Shown here piece by piece: positions 8,704-19,630 of a stretch of 64,000 nt of DNA. Location: the NCBI GenBank assembly GCA_039815185.1, contig JBCBZT010000008.1, positions 32,001 to 96,000 of the forward strand, written 5' to 3'. Every line of letters starts with the position of its first letter. The stretch's first letter is position 1. A program made the position numbers and the translations under genes. The stretch is from Cyanobacteria bacterium P01_A01_bin.123. GTDB lineage: Bacteria; Cyanobacteriota; Cyanobacteriia; Phormidesmidales; Phormidesmidaceae. The notes beneath the pieces were generated by a model. The model worked only from the letters and a program-made list of their open reading frames with translations. It searched no databases and was not told where the DNA came from.

Positions 8704-10998
8704 ATGACAATAAGTCCCCCTGAACCGGGACAAAAAGTCAGGGCGGTGGTTGACAATGATCCGGTAGAAACCTCGTTTGAGCGATGGGGTAAACCGGGTC
8801 ATTTCGATCGAACGTTGGCACGGGGTCCCAAAACCACCACCTGGATTTGGAACCTTCATGCTGATGCCCATGACTTTGACAGTCACACCAGTGATTTTGA
8901 AGATGTTACGCGCAAAATTTTTAGTGCCCATTTTGGCCACCTTGCCGTCATCTTCATTTGGCTGAGTGGCATGTATTTCCACGGAGCCAAGTTTTCTAAC
9001 TATGAGGCTTGGCTGACTAACCCCACCGGAATTAAGCCCAGTGCCCAGGTTGTTTGGCCGATTGTGGGCCAAGACATTCTCAATGCCGATGTTGGCGGTG
9101 GCTTCCACGGTATTCAAATTACTTCTGGGTTATTCCAGATGTGGCGGGCTAACGGCATTACTAATAGCTTCCAGCTTTACTGCACGGCCATTGGTGCCTT
9201 GGTTATGGCGGGTCTGATGCTGTTTGCTGGCTGGTTCCACTATCACAAAAAAGCACCCAAGCTAGAGTGGTTCCAAAACGTAGAGTCGATGATGAACCAC
9301 CACCTGGCTGGGCTGTTGGGGTTGGGCTGTTTGGGGTATGCCGGACAGCAAATCCATGTATCCTTGCCAATCAATGCTTGTTTAGATGCGATTGATGCAG
9401 GCAAGCCCCTCACCATCGGCGGTCGCCTAATCGACTCCGCAGCAGCCATTCCACTGCCCCACGAGTGGATTCTAAACCCCAGCCTCATGACGGATATCTA
9501 CCCCAGCTTTGCACAGGGGTTGACGCCATTCTTCACACTAAACTGGGGTGCCTATGCTGACTTCCTGACCTTCAATGGCGGGTTAAACCCTGTCACAGGC
9601 GGATTATGGCTGTCAGATACAGCACACCATCACTTGGCACTAGCAGTGCTGTTTATCTTTGCGGGTCACTTTTACCGCACCAACTGGGGCATTGGTCATA
9701 GCTTTAAAGAAGTGCTAGAGGCCCACAAAGGCCCCTTCACTGGCGAAGGCCACAAGGGCATGTATGAAATTTTCACCACCTCCTGGCACTGTCAGTTGGC
9801 GTGGAATCTGGCTTGGATGGGCTCGTTATCCATCTTGGTAGCCCATCATATGTACTCGATGCCGCCCTACCCGTACATCGCGATCGATTACCCAACTCAA
9901 TTGTCGCTATTCACTCACCATATGTGGATTGGCGGCTTCTTGATCTGCGGTGCCGGGGCTCACGCAGCTATCTTTATGGTGCGCGATTACAACCCGGATA
10001 CCCATGTCAACAACAACCTCGATCGGGTATTGCGTCAACGGGATGCGATTATTTCTCACCTGAACTGGGTGTGTATCTTCCTCGGCTTCCATAGCTTTGG
10101 GCTATATATCCACAACGACACCATGCGAGCGTGGGGACGGCCTCAGGATATGTTCTCTGATACCGGAATTCAGCTGCAGCCGATCTTTGCCCAGTGGGTA
10201 CAGGGGATCCACGCAGCAGCGGCAGGGAATACGGCACCTCAGGCACTCGCTGGGGTCAGCCAAGTGTTTAACGGTGATGTTGTCGCTGTCGGCGGCAAGG
10301 TTGCAGCAGCAGCCATCCCCTTGGGTACGGCTGACTTTATGGTGCACCATATCCACGCTTTCACAATCCACGTGACGGTGTTGATCTTGCTCAAGGGTGT
10401 GCTATTTGCTCGCAGTTCCCGCTTGATTCCCGATAAGGGTGAGTTGGGCTTCCGCTTCCCCTGTGACGGGCCGGGTCGGGGCGGTACCTGCCAGGTATCT
10501 GGTTGGGATCACGTCTTTTTAGGCCTGTTCTGGATGTACAACTCCCTGTCGATTGTAATTTTCCACTTCAGTTGGAAGATGCAGTCTGATGTGTGGGGCA
10601 CTGTATCGCCAGATGGGGCTGTTTCTCACATTACCGGCGGTAATTTTGCCGCCAGTGCCATCACCATTAATGGCTGGCTTAGGGACTTTCTGTGGGCGCA
10701 GGCTTCACAGGTGATTGGCTCCTATGGTTCGGCATTATCAGCCTATGGCTTGATGTTCCTTGGTGCTCATTTTGTTTGGGCCTTTAGCTTAATGTTCTTG
10801 TTCAGTGGCCGGGGCTACTGGCAGGAATTGATTGAATCGATTGTTTGGGCGCACAACAAGCTGAAGGTGGCTCCCGCCATCCAGCCTCGTGCTCTAAGCA
10901 TTACCCAGGGTCGGGCTGTGGGTCTGGCTCACTATCTGCTAGGCGGAATTGCCACCACTTGGGCCTTCTTCTTGGCACGAATTATCTCGGTGGGATGA
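8704..10998 (+). CDS. psaA: Photosystem I P700 apoprotein A1
   Basis: MTISPPEP start after [26 protein letters not shown] motif [21 protein letters not shown] end; 764 aa. Confidence 0.99.
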   Translation: MTISPPEPGQKVRAVVDNDPVETSFERWGKPGHFDRTLARGPKTTTWIWNLHADAHDFDSHTSDFEDVTRKIFSAHFGHLAVIFIWLSGMYFHGAKFSNYEAWLTNPTGIKPSAQVVWPIVGQDILNADVGGGFHGIQITSGLFQMWRANGITNSFQLYCTAIGALVMAGLMLFAGWFHYHKKAPKLEWFQNVESMMNHHLAGLLGLGCLGYAGQQIHVSLPINACLDAIDAGKPLTIGGRLIDSAAAIPLPHEWILNPSLMTDIYPSFAQGLTPFFTLNWGAYADFLTFNGGLNPVTGGLWLSDTAHHHLALAVLFIFAGHFYRTNWGIGHSFKEVLEAHKGPFTGEGHKGMYEIFTTSWHCQLAWNLAWMGSLSILVAHHMYSMPPYPYIAIDYPTQLSLFTHHMWIGGFLICGAGAHAAIFMVRDYNPDTHVNNNLDRVLRQRDAIISHLNWVCIFLGFHSFGLYIHNDTMRAWGRPQDMFSDTGIQLQPIFAQWVQGIHAAAAGNTAPQALAGVSQVFNGDVVAVGGKVAAAAIPLGTADFMVHHIHAFTIHVTVLILLKGVLFARSSRLIPDKGELGFRFPCDGPGRGGTCQVSGWDHVFLGLFWMYNSLSIVIFHFSWKMQSDVWGTVSPDGAVSHITGGNFAASAITINGWLRDFLWAQASQVIGSYGSALSAYGLMFLGAHFVWAFSLMFLFSGRGYWQELIESIVWAHNKLKVAPAIQPRALSITQGRAVGLAHYLLGGIATTWAFFLARIISVG

Positions 10999-11073
10999 GC
11001 CGGAGCTGATTACCAACTCCTTTTTCCCATTCCGATCCTCAAATCGAAATTCGTACTCAATTCTTGTTGATTC

Positions 11074-13302
11074 ATGGCAACTAAATTTCCAAAATTTAGC
11101 CAGGATCTGGCAGCTGATCCGACCACAAGGCGGATCTGGTATGGGATTGCCACGGCCCACGATTTTGAAAGTCACGATGGCATGACGGAGGAAAATCTTT
11201 ATCAAAAGATTTTTGCCTCTCATTTTGGCCATCTGGCGATTATCTTTTTGTGGACCTCAGGCAACCTGTTCCATGTCGCCTGGCAAGGTAACTTTGAGCA
11301 GTGGGTCAAAGACCCACTTGGTGTGAATCCCATCGCCCATGCGATTTGGGATCCACAATTTGGCCAACCTGCTGTGGATGCCTTCACCCAGGCAGGAGCC
11401 AACTATCCCGTAGATATTGCCTACTCAGGTGTCTACCACTGGTGGTACACCATCGGCATGCGCACCAATATGGATTTGTACAGTGGTGCAATCTTCCTGC
11501 TGTTGATAGCAGCGGTGTTCCTGTTTGCCGGTTGGTTACATCTCCAGCCCAAGTTTCGACCGGGTCTAGCTTGGTTCAAAAATGCGGAATCCCGTATGAA
11601 CCATCACTTGGCCGGTTTATTTGGCGTCAGTTCTTTAGCTTGGACCGGCCACCTGATTCACGTTGCCATCCCTGAAGCTCGGGGACAGCATGTGGGTTGG
11701 GATAACTTTCTGCAGGTCAAGCCACACCCGGATGGGTTGCTGCCGTTTTTCACGGGCCATTGGGGTGTTTATGCCCAGAATCCTGACACGGCAAGCCATC
11801 TATTTGGCACGAGTGACGGGGCCGGAACCGCGATTTTGACCTTCCTCGGTGGGTTTCACCCGCAAACTGAGGCCCTCTGGTTGACGGATATTGCCCACCA
11901 CCATTTGGCGATCGCAGTCCTGTTTATTGTTGCGGGCCACATGTACCGCACCAACTTCGGCATTGGCCACAACATGAAGGAAATCATGGAGGCCCATAAC
12001 CCACCGGCGGGGACTCCCTTTGGCGGCATGATCGGCGCAGGCCACAAGGGCATGTACGACACGTACAACAACTCCCTGCATTTCCAGTTGGGTTGGCACC
12101 TCGCCTGTTTAGGGGTGGTGACCTCTTTGGTAGCTCAGCACATGTACTCGCTGCCATCCTATGCGTTTATCGCCAAGGATTACACCACTCAGGCGGCGCT
12201 CTATACCCATCACCAGTACATTGCTGGCTTCTTAATGGTGGGGGCATTTGCCCATGGGGCCATTTTCCTAATTCGGGATTACGATCCCAAGGCGAATGAG
12301 AACAATGTGTTAGCCAGAATGCTGGAACACAAAGAAGCGCTGATTTCTCACCTCAGCTGGGTATCGCTCTTCCTGGGTTTCCACACTTTGGGGTTATACG
12401 TCCACAATGATGTGGTTGTCGCCTTTGGCACGCCCGAGAAGCAAATTCTGGTGGAACCCGTGTTTGCCCAGTGGATTCAAGCAGCCCATGGCAAACTACT
12501 GTATGGTTTCGACACCTTATTGTCTAATCCTGACAGTATCGCGACGACGGCTTGGCCCAATTACGGTGACGTCTGGTTGCCAGGTTGGCTAGATGCAATC
12601 AACAGCGGCACTAATTCGTTGTTCTTGACCATTGGCCCGGGTGATTTTCTTGTCCACCATGCGATCGCGCTAGGGTTGCACACCACCACCTTGATTTTGG
12701 TCAAAGGTGCGTTGGATGCCCGTGGGTCTAAGCTAATGCCGGATAAAAAAGATTTCGGCTACAGCTTCCCTTGCGACGGCCCTGGTCGTGGCGGGACTTG
12801 TGACATCTCTGCTTGGGATGCCTTCTATCTCGCCATGTTCTGGATGCTGAACACCATTGGTTGGCTAACTTTCTACTGGCACTGGAAGCACCTCAGCATC
12901 TGGTCTGGGAACGTAGCCCAATTCAATGAAAGTTCGACCCATTTGATGGGCTGGTTCCGAGATTATCTCTGGCTGAATTCTTCTCAGCTGATTAATGGGT
13001 ACAACCCTTACGGCATGAACAATCTGGCAGTTTGGTCCTGGATGTTCCTTTTAGGGCACTTGGTCTGGGCAACGGGCTTCATGTTCTTGATTAGCTGGCG
13101 AGGGTATTGGCAAGAGCTCATCGAAACGCTGGTTTGGGCCCATGAGCGCACACCACTAGCGAACTTGGTGAGCTGGAAAGATAAACCCGTCGCGTTGTCG
13201 ATTGTTCAGGCGCGCGTGGTCGGCTTAGCACACTTTACCGTGGGTTATATCGTTACTTACGCGGCCTTCTTGATCGCGTCTACGTCTAGTCGCTTTGGTT
13301 AG
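11074..13302 (+). CDS. psaB: Photosystem I P700 apoprotein A2
   Basis: [53 protein letters not shown]; 742 aa. Confidence 0.99.
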   Translation: MATKFPKFSQDLAADPTTRRIWYGIATAHDFESHDGMTEENLYQKIFASHFGHLAIIFLWTSGNLFHVAWQGNFEQWVKDPLGVNPIAHAIWDPQFGQPAVDAFTQAGANYPVDIAYSGVYHWWYTIGMRTNMDLYSGAIFLLLIAAVFLFAGWLHLQPKFRPGLAWFKNAESRMNHHLAGLFGVSSLAWTGHLIHVAIPEARGQHVGWDNFLQVKPHPDGLLPFFTGHWGVYAQNPDTASHLFGTSDGAGTAILTFLGGFHPQTEALWLTDIAHHHLAIAVLFIVAGHMYRTNFGIGHNMKEIMEAHNPPAGTPFGGMIGAGHKGMYDTYNNSLHFQLGWHLACLGVVTSLVAQHMYSLPSYAFIAKDYTTQAALYTHHQYIAGFLMVGAFAHGAIFLIRDYDPKANENNVLARMLEHKEALISHLSWVSLFLGFHTLGLYVHNDVVVAFGTPEKQILVEPVFAQWIQAAHGKLLYGFDTLLSNPDSIATTAWPNYGDVWLPGWLDAINSGTNSLFLTIGPGDFLVHHAIALGLHTTTLILVKGALDARGSKLMPDKKDFGYSFPCDGPGRGGTCDISAWDAFYLAMFWMLNTIGWLTFYWHWKHLSIWSGNVAQFNESSTHLMGWFRDYLWLNSSQLINGYNPYGMNNLAVWSWMFLLGHLVWATGFMFLISWRGYWQELIETLVWAHERTPLANLVSWKDKPVALSIVQARVVGLAHFTVGYIVTYAAFLIASTSSRFG

Positions 13303-13328
13303 CTAGCCAAGCATTAGACATTAACAGA

Positions 13329-13354
13329 TTGGGGGCATGAGTCTATGCCCCCAA
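13329..13354 (+). terminator. Stem-loop after psaB (terminator or mRNA-stabilising hairpin)
   Basis: TTGGGGGCAT-GAGTCT-ATGCCCCCAA, 10-bp stem, no U tract. Confidence 0.55.
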
Positions 13355-13686
13355 CGCATTCCTTAGCGCCAAACGTGTCGGGGGAGCATCAACCCGAGCC
13401 CCAAGGGCACTGCCCACCGACCTAACAGAATTTTGTGTTTAATACTAGTCGCTCAGATCTTCGCATCGACTTGATCTGAGTGCTTCGACAGGCTTGAGAC
13501 GCGCATGGAGACTCTCCGCGCCTCAGGGAGTCCTGGTTCTCCGGGGTAGTTGAATCAGGACTTTTACTCTTTCGTTGAGCGATTACAATCCTTTCCAAAC
13601 TTGCAATTGCCCAACTGACTCGTTACTTTTCTCTGACTAATCAGAGAGGAGGTTCATTCACCAACAACCTGGAGGCAAGTCAAAAT

Positions 13687-14166
13687 ATGACAAATCAAGT
13701 CGTTCAGCCCTACAGAGGTAATCCTGAACTGGGTCACCTATCTACACCAATCAGCGATTCTGCCTTTGTGCGGTCGTTTATAGGGGCCCTCCCTGCCTAT
13801 CGCAAGGGCATGGCTCCGATTAGCAGAGGGTTAGAAATCGGGTTAGCCCATGGCTATTTTTTGGTCGGGCCAGAAATCGTTGTCGGTGCTCTGCGGGACT
13901 TTGATACTGCACCTTATTTAGGGGGACTGCTGACGGCGATCGCTTTGGTTCTACTCGGTACAGCGGGTATGGGAGCCCATGGAATCGTATCTCTCAAACC
14001 AGCTGCTGAACTAGAATCTGGCACCGATCCGCTGAAAACCTCAGAAGGTTGGAGCGAAATGACGACTGGCTTCTTCTTGGGCGGGATGGGCGGTGCCTAC
14101 ATGGCCTACTTCTTACTCTCTCACTTTGAGGAGATTAATTCGGTTTTCCGAGGATTCGTAAATTAA
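13687..14166 (+). CDS. psaL: Photosystem I reaction centre subunit XI
   Basis: GHLSTPISDS, LPAYRKG, RGLEIGLAHGYFLVGP, EGWSEMTTGFFLGGMGG. Confidence 0.96.
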   Translation: MTNQVVQPYRGNPELGHLSTPISDSAFVRSFIGALPAYRKGMAPISRGLEIGLAHGYFLVGPEIVVGALRDFDTAPYLGGLLTAIALVLLGTAGMGAHGIVSLKPAAELESGTDPLKTSEGWSEMTTGFFLGGMGGAYMAYFLLSHFEEINSVFRGFVN

Positions 14167-14301
14167 ACCGTATCCACAGCTAGAGCCGTAATTTTACCTG
14201 GGCTCAAGCTCAAGATTTCAACTCGGATGTGATTTAGCACCCATCAAGGTTCAAGCCGTTTCATTAATTGTCCACGATCAAACTGCAAGGAGATTTTCAA
14301 G

Positions 14302-14418
14302 ATGGATGGAACTTATGCTGCGTCCTGGTTACCCTGGATTCTTATCCCTGTGATTACTTGGTTGATGCCAGCAGCAGTAATGGGAATGTTGTTCTTCTAT
14401 ATCGAGAGCGATGCTTAA
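14302..14418 (+). CDS. psaI: Photosystem I subunit VIII (38 aa; below ORF-track cut-off)
   Basis: Own translation [38 protein letters not shown], with AAGGAG RBS, directly after psaL. Confidence 0.95.
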   Translation: MDGTYAASWLPWILIPVITWLMPAAVMGMLFFYIESDA

Positions 14419-14488
14419 GACGCTTTTCCAGTCGCCATCATTGCCATGAGCGAGTGTTGAGATATAGGTTTAACTCCAGTTGAAGACC

Positions 14489-14516
14489 AGAGACGTGTTC
14501 ATCACGTCTCTTTTTT
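14489..14516 (+). terminator. Rho-independent terminator of the psa operon
   Basis: AGAGACGTG-TTCAT-CACGTCTCT followed by TTTTT. Confidence 0.75.
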
Positions 14517-14587
14517 CATCGCCATTACCTCCAACACAACGCGGCCCATCATTCACCAAATTCTGGCGATGCCTGGGAATGCTAGCC

Positions 14588-15964
14588 TCAACATTCAATC
14601 ACATTTACCGCCAAACCACCCCGAGAAGTCTCCTTGTATTTCTCGTGCATATCCGCCCCCGTATCGCGCATGGTTTTGATCACCTTGTCCAGATGAACAC
14701 AGTGCTGTCCATCCCCCTTCAGCGCCATTCGCGCCGCGTTGATCGCCTTCATTGCCCCCATGGCATTGCGTTCAATGCAGGGTACCTGCACCAAACCGCC
14801 AACCGGATCGCAGGTGAGTCCTAGATTATGCTCCATGCCAATTTCGGCAGCATTTTCGACTTGCTCAGGGGTGCCGCCCAGGACTTCGGCTAGGGCACCC
14901 GCAGCCATAGAGCAAGCCACCCCCACTTCCCCCTGACAACCCACATCCGCCCCAGAAATCGACGCATTTTCCTTGTAGAGAATGGCGATCGCGCCTGCTA
15001 CCAATAAAAACCGAACAACGCTGTCCTCATTGGCACCGGGGCAAAACCGGCTGTAATAGTGCAGCACTGCCGGGACAATCCCTGCGGCCCCATTGGTCGG
15101 GGCGGTTACCATCCGCCCTCCGGCAGCGTTTTCTTCATTCACCGCGATCGCATACAGGTTGACCCAATCCAAGACAGTCAGCGGATCGCTCAGGGACGAT
15201 TCGGGACGACTTTTGAGGAACTGATAGAGGGACGGGGCACGGCGTTTGACTTGCAACCCACCGGGCAGAATACCCTCGGTGCGACATCCTCGCGCCACAC
15301 AGGCTTGCATGACATCCCACAGCTTCAGCAGTTCTAGCCGGATCTCTGCCTCCGATCGCCACACTTTCTCGTTCTCCAGCATGAGTTGGCTGATCGAGAA
15401 ACGTTCTTGCTGACACAACACCAACAAATCAATGCAATTTTTGAACGGATAGGGAATGGGGGACCTGTGCAGCCGCAGTCGATTGATGCTGACTGCGTTT
15501 TCATCGACGACAAACCCACCACCCACAGAATAGTAGGTACGCTGCTTGAGAATTCCCTCAGCTTGATCGAAGGCAGTAAACACCATGCCGTTGGGGTGAA
15601 AGGACAAGGGCTTCCAGTGAAAGCACAAATCAGTTTTAGGATTAAACGCTATTGCATGCCGCTTTAACACCCATAGCGATCGCGTCACCTGAATCCGCTG
15701 CAGGTAAGCCTCTACTAAATCAGGATTTACCGATTCGGGGGAATCTCCTTCCAACCCAAGTAGCACAGCGCGATCGCTGCCATGCCCCCGCCCCGTTGCC
15801 CCCAGCGAACCGTGCAGGTCAATTTGAATCCGGTTGACTAGGGATAAAAGCCCGTCAGTTGCCAACCCTTGGGCAAATTGCAATGCGGCTTTCATCGGCC
15901 CCACGGTGTGGGAACTAGAGGGGCCAATGCCGATTTTGAAGATGTCGAAAACGCTGGTAGACAT
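14588..15964 (-). CDS. sdaA: L-serine ammonia-lyase (Fe-S dependent, single chain)
   Basis: [44 protein letters not shown]...[16 protein letters not shown]. Confidence 0.95.
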   Translation of the reverse strand: MSTSVFDIFKIGIGPSSSHTVGPMKAALQFAQGLATDGLLSLVNRIQIDLHGSLGATGRGHGSDRAVLLGLEGDSPESVNPDLVEAYLQRIQVTRSLWVLKRHAIAFNPKTDLCFHWKPLSFHPNGMVFTAFDQAEGILKQRTYYSVGGGFVVDENAVSINRLRLHRSPIPYPFKNCIDLLVLCQQERFSISQLMLENEKVWRSEAEIRLELLKLWDVMQACVARGCRTEGILPGGLQVKRRAPSLYQFLKSRPESSLSDPLTVLDWVNLYAIAVNEENAAGGRMVTAPTNGAAGIVPAVLHYYSRFCPGANEDSVVRFLLVAGAIAILYKENASISGADVGCQGEVGVACSMAAGALAEVLGGTPEQVENAAEIGMEHNLGLTCDPVGGLVQVPCIERNAMGAMKAINAARMALKGDGQHCVHLDKVIKTMRDTGADMHEKYKETSRGGLAVNVIEC

Positions 15965-15969
15965 AATTC

Positions 15970-16905
15970 CTAGGGCATCATGCCGCGTAAATTATTAGTC
16001 GGATTGTCAAACATAGGCGGGGTGTCAATTGTTTCACCCCGGTACACCAGCCCAACCCCAATGGCAGTAACGCCTAAACCCAAGGCATCTCCTAACGTCA
16101 GCACATCACCAAACAACAGGAAGCCAAGTCCTAAAGTGACAGGGGGCGACAGGTAGGCCAGACTCGACACCCGCGCCGCTGTGCGATATTCCAACAGCTT
16201 GAACATCAGGCCATAGGCCCCAATCGATAGCACCACCACTAACCAGGCCAGCGCAAAGGTAAACTGCCCCGTCCATTGCACCTGCAAATCTTCAAAGAAA
16301 ACGGCCAGGGGATATAGAGCGATCGCAGAAATCACGGCCTGCACAAACAGGCTAGGAATAATCGGCAATGCCTTACCGAATTGACCGCGATTGATATGAC
16401 GTTGATACAGCGTAGCTAAGGTCAAGCTAATGGTGGAGATAAACGGCAGTCCGTAGCCCACCCATGGCACGTTAGTTTGCATACTCACCTTAGTGCCGAC
16501 TACCAGCACAACACCGACTAAACCAATCACCATGCCTACCCACTGCATTGGCGATACCCGCTCTCCCAAAAGTGGCCCAGACAACACGCTTGTGGCCATG
16601 GGTTGCAGAGCGGTAATCAGCGCCACAATCCAGGGAGAAACGCCAAGCGCGATCGCCCCAAACACTGCACTTAGCCAAATCGCATGGGCAAGCAACCCGA
16701 TCAGGGCAGACCGCGCGATCGCCGCCCGGTTATTCAAGCGCAATTCCCGCCGATAGAGCAGCCAGACAAACAACAGCACGGCGACCAGCACATAGCGAAT
16801 AAACAGCAGCGAGAATGGCCCCGCATAGGGCAACCCATACTTTGCGCCAATGAAGCCAGAACTCCAGAGCACCACAAACAACATTTCGAGTGCCACAATG
16901 CCCAC
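15970..16905 (-). CDS. DMT/EamA family transporter
   Basis: [13 protein letters not shown], about 10 TM helices in two repeats; GTG at 16905 with AAGGAGG 8 nt upstream. Confidence 0.9.
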   Translation of the reverse strand: MGIVALEMLFVVLWSSGFIGAKYGLPYAGPFSLLFIRYVLVAVLLFVWLLYRRELRLNNRAAIARSALIGLLAHAIWLSAVFGAIALGVSPWIVALITALQPMATSVLSGPLLGERVSPMQWVGMVIGLVGVVLVVGTKVSMQTNVPWVGYGLPFISTISLTLATLYQRHINRGQFGKALPIIPSLFVQAVISAIALYPLAVFFEDLQVQWTGQFTFALAWLVVVLSIGAYGLMFKLLEYRTAARVSSLAYLSPPVTLGLGFLLFGDVLTLGDALGLGVTAIGVGLVYRGETIDTPPMFDNPTNNLRGMMP

Positions 16906-16976
16906 GAATAGAGCCTCCTTAAAATTGAATCGCCTACTGTAGAAGCACAGCGCTTTAGCCAACGACGGATCTGAGC

Positions 16977-19436
16977 CTACAGTAGTTTTTCAACCACTGT
17001 TGCAGCAAGGGACTGCCCGAAGTATTCCACGCTAACCTGAGTGCCCGATGTGGTGTAGCCCAAGGGCAGATAGGCATAAACCACACAGCGCCCTAGGCTG
17101 TAGCCATATCCTGCACTGGTGGCATACCCCAACACCTTGCCGTCCTGGGCCAAGACAGGTTCCTTGCCCATGACCACAGCGGTTGGATCATCCAAAGTCA
17201 AAAAGCAGAGCTTGCGACTGGCGTATTCCTGCCGACGCAGCAGCGCGTCTTTGCCAATGAAATCTCCTTGATTCGGCCTGACGGCAAAGCCTAAGCCTGC
17301 TTCATAAGGGTCATACTCGGTGTGAATATCGCTACCCCAAAGCAAAAAGCCTTTCTCTAACCGCAGGGTTTCAAACGCGCCTAACCCAGCGGCGATTATG
17401 CCGTGTTCCTGACCTGCTGCCCATAGCAAATCCCAAAGCTTCAGGCCAGATTCAGTTGGGGCATAGATTTCCCAGCCTGCTTCACCCACGTAAGACACGC
17501 GGGAGGCCACGACCGGAATATTGCCGATGTAGAACTGCTGGTTAGTAAAGAATTTGAACGCGGGTTTCGAGACATCGATTTGCACCAGGGACTGCAACAC
17601 CGCCGGAGCCTGTGGCCCCCATAACCCGACACAGCAATAGCTGGAAGACACATCAGCAATCTGCACCGATCCATCGGTCGGTAAATGAGTTCGCATCCAG
17701 GCCAGATCGTGGCCATGAACTGAACCGCCCGTGATCACCCAATATTTTTCAGGCCCCAATCGGCTTACTGTGAGGTCACACATGATGCCCCCATTGGCAT
17801 CTAGCATGGCGGTGTAGATCACTTTGCCCACTGGCTTATCCACGTTGTTGGCGCAGAGATTTTGCAAATAGGCGACTACACCAGGGCCGGTCACCTCAAA
17901 TTTGGCAAAGGGGGTGAGGTCGTAGAGCGCCACGCGATCGCGAGTGGCCAAATGCTCCGCCCCTTGAATCGGTGACCAGTTTCTAGCTTCCCAACCCTGA
18001 CGCTCAGGAATGGCATATTCCTCCAAAAGCTGGGCATTGGCTTCAAACCATTGGGGTCGCTCCCAGCCAGCACTAAAGACAAACTGTGCCCCCAGTGCTT
18101 GCAGGCGGGGATAAAACGGACTGACCCGCAACCCCCGTGAATGGGTTTGCTGATCAAGCGGGTGAATGATGTCGTATACCTCGTCATACTGTTGCGCCCC
18201 GGCTTTGAGGATGTAATCCGCACTTCTGCAAACCTCCGAAAAGCGGTGAATATCCATTTCATGGAGGTCAAAGCTGGGCACCCCCGTCGTCATCAGTTCT
18301 GCAACGACTTTGCCCACACCGCCCCCGTGGGTCACCCAAACGGCTTCTGCCACCCAAAATCCTTTAGCCCTAGGCGATTCCCCAATCACTGACCCACTGT
18401 CAGGTGTGAAGGAAAACATGCCGTTGATTTTGTAGGGCAGTTCTGCATCGGCCAGAGTGGGAAACAAGGCTTTGGTTGATTCCCAGGCAGCGGTGAAATG
18501 TTCTTCGGTAAAAGGCTTCACCGAGGGCATCACGGGGGCTTCTGCAAACGGCAAAATGTTGTCCGGGTCCACGAGTAAAGGCTCATGCTGATAAGACCCA
18601 ATCCCCCAACAGTCTCCATGCTGCCGGAAGTACATGGCGTGATCTTGATGGCGCACAATGGGCTGCACGACCTCATCCGTCGCGCCCGCTAATTCTGCAA
18701 TCGGGCCAGTTTTCACATACTGATGCTGCACAGGCGTCAGGGGAATAATCTCCCCAACCATGCGACCCACACGCGGCCCCCAGATACCAGCACACACCAA
18801 TACCTTTTCGGTTTCGATGCGGCCTTGATCAGTGACAACCGCGTTTACCTGACCGTTAACCACCTCAATGTCCATCACGGTGGTATGGCCGTAAAATTCA
18901 GCAGCCCCAGCTTCTTTGGCCTCCGTTGCCATTGCCTCCGCCGCTCGTAAAGCTTTAGCAATTCCATCCGTTGGCACATAGTAGGCCCCGAGAATCTGAG
19001 TCTGATCAATCAGCGGCACTTTTGCTTTGACTTCCGAGGGTGTCAGCAAACAAGCGCCTTCAATCCCCCAAGACTTAGCCCAACCCAACTTGCGCTTGAG
19101 TTCTTGCATGCGGGCTTCGGTGTAAGCGACTTCAATGCCGCCCACCGGATAAAACGCTGGGCCTGCTTCGGTGCTCAGTTGGCTGTACAGCTCAACGGTG
19201 TACTTTGCCAATTGGGTCATGGTCTTAGAAGGATTGGTCTGGAAGATCAAGCCCGGTGCGTGGGAAGTTGAACCACCCGTCGCAAACAATGGCCCTTGCT
19301 CAACCACCACGATATTCTTCCAGCCCAGTTTTGCCAGGTGATACGCCGTGCTACAGCCGACAATGCCCGCACCAATCACAACAACAGCCGCGTCGGTCTT
19401 CATGGATAGTTTCTCCGCTTGGGTAAGTGTGGACAA
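16977..19436 (-). CDS. Dimethylglycine oxidase-like flavoprotein with C-terminal GcvT (folate-binding) domain
   Basis: IGAGIVG; GGSTSHAPGLIFQTNPSKTM (covalent-FAD His motif as in Arthrobacter DMGO); RHQD and GIGSY (His/Tyr dyad); AEAVWVTH; GWERPQWF; RVSYVGEAGWEIY; LRLEKG. Alternative start ATG 19403. Confidence 0.9.
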   Translation of the reverse strand: MSTLTQAEKLSMKTDAAVVVIGAGIVGCSTAYHLAKLGWKNIVVVEQGPLFATGGSTSHAPGLIFQTNPSKTMTQLAKYTVELYSQLSTEAGPAFYPVGGIEVAYTEARMQELKRKLGWAKSWGIEGACLLTPSEVKAKVPLIDQTQILGAYYVPTDGIAKALRAAEAMATEAKEAGAAEFYGHTTVMDIEVVNGQVNAVVTDQGRIETEKVLVCAGIWGPRVGRMVGEIIPLTPVQHQYVKTGPIAELAGATDEVVQPIVRHQDHAMYFRQHGDCWGIGSYQHEPLLVDPDNILPFAEAPVMPSVKPFTEEHFTAAWESTKALFPTLADAELPYKINGMFSFTPDSGSVIGESPRAKGFWVAEAVWVTHGGGVGKVVAELMTTGVPSFDLHEMDIHRFSEVCRSADYILKAGAQQYDEVYDIIHPLDQQTHSRGLRVSPFYPRLQALGAQFVFSAGWERPQWFEANAQLLEEYAIPERQGWEARNWSPIQGAEHLATRDRVALYDLTPFAKFEVTGPGVVAYLQNLCANNVDKPVGKVIYTAMLDANGGIMCDLTVSRLGPEKYWVITGGSVHGHDLAWMRTHLPTDGSVQIADVSSSYCCVGLWGPQAPAVLQSLVQIDVSKPAFKFFTNQQFYIGNIPVVASRVSYVGEAGWEIYAPTESGLKLWDLLWAAGQEHGIIAAGLGAFETLRLEKGFLLWGSDIHTEYDPYEAGLGFAVRPNQGDFIGKDALLRRQEYASRKLCFLTLDDPTAVVMGKEPVLAQDGKVLGYATSAGYGYSLGRCVVYAYLPLGYTTSGTQVSVEYFGQSLAATVVEKLL

Positions 19437-19591
19437 CGAATCAGGATGAGGTTGGGATAGCGAAAGGGGCAGGGGAAGCAGGGGAGGTAAGGGAAGCGAA
19501 AGAAAAAGAAGTAAATGAGCGGTTGGTTAAACACCTTAGCTAAGACCCAATCCTGCTTTTCTCCCCCTGCTCCCCTGGCTTCCCCCGCACT

Positions 19592-19626
19592 CAGATCCCA
19601 GGGTTCTTCGAGAACCCTGGGATCTG
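19592..19626. repeat. REP-like perfect hairpin
   Basis: CAGATCCCAGGGTTCT-TCG-AGAACCCTGGGATCTG, 16-bp arms, 4 nt downstream of the Rieske stop. Confidence 0.85.
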
Positions 19627-19630
19627 GGCC

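Noticed and set aside
8704..14418. Far-red photoacclimation (FaRLiP) cluster
   Set aside because: No rfpABC, chlF/psbA4, apc or psb paralogues nearby; the PsaA length (764 aa) and sequence look like a visible-light form.
14268..14824. ORFs 14268-14483 and 14480-14824
   Set aside because: They overlap psaI in another frame, the psa terminator and the sdaA 3' end; no protein features.
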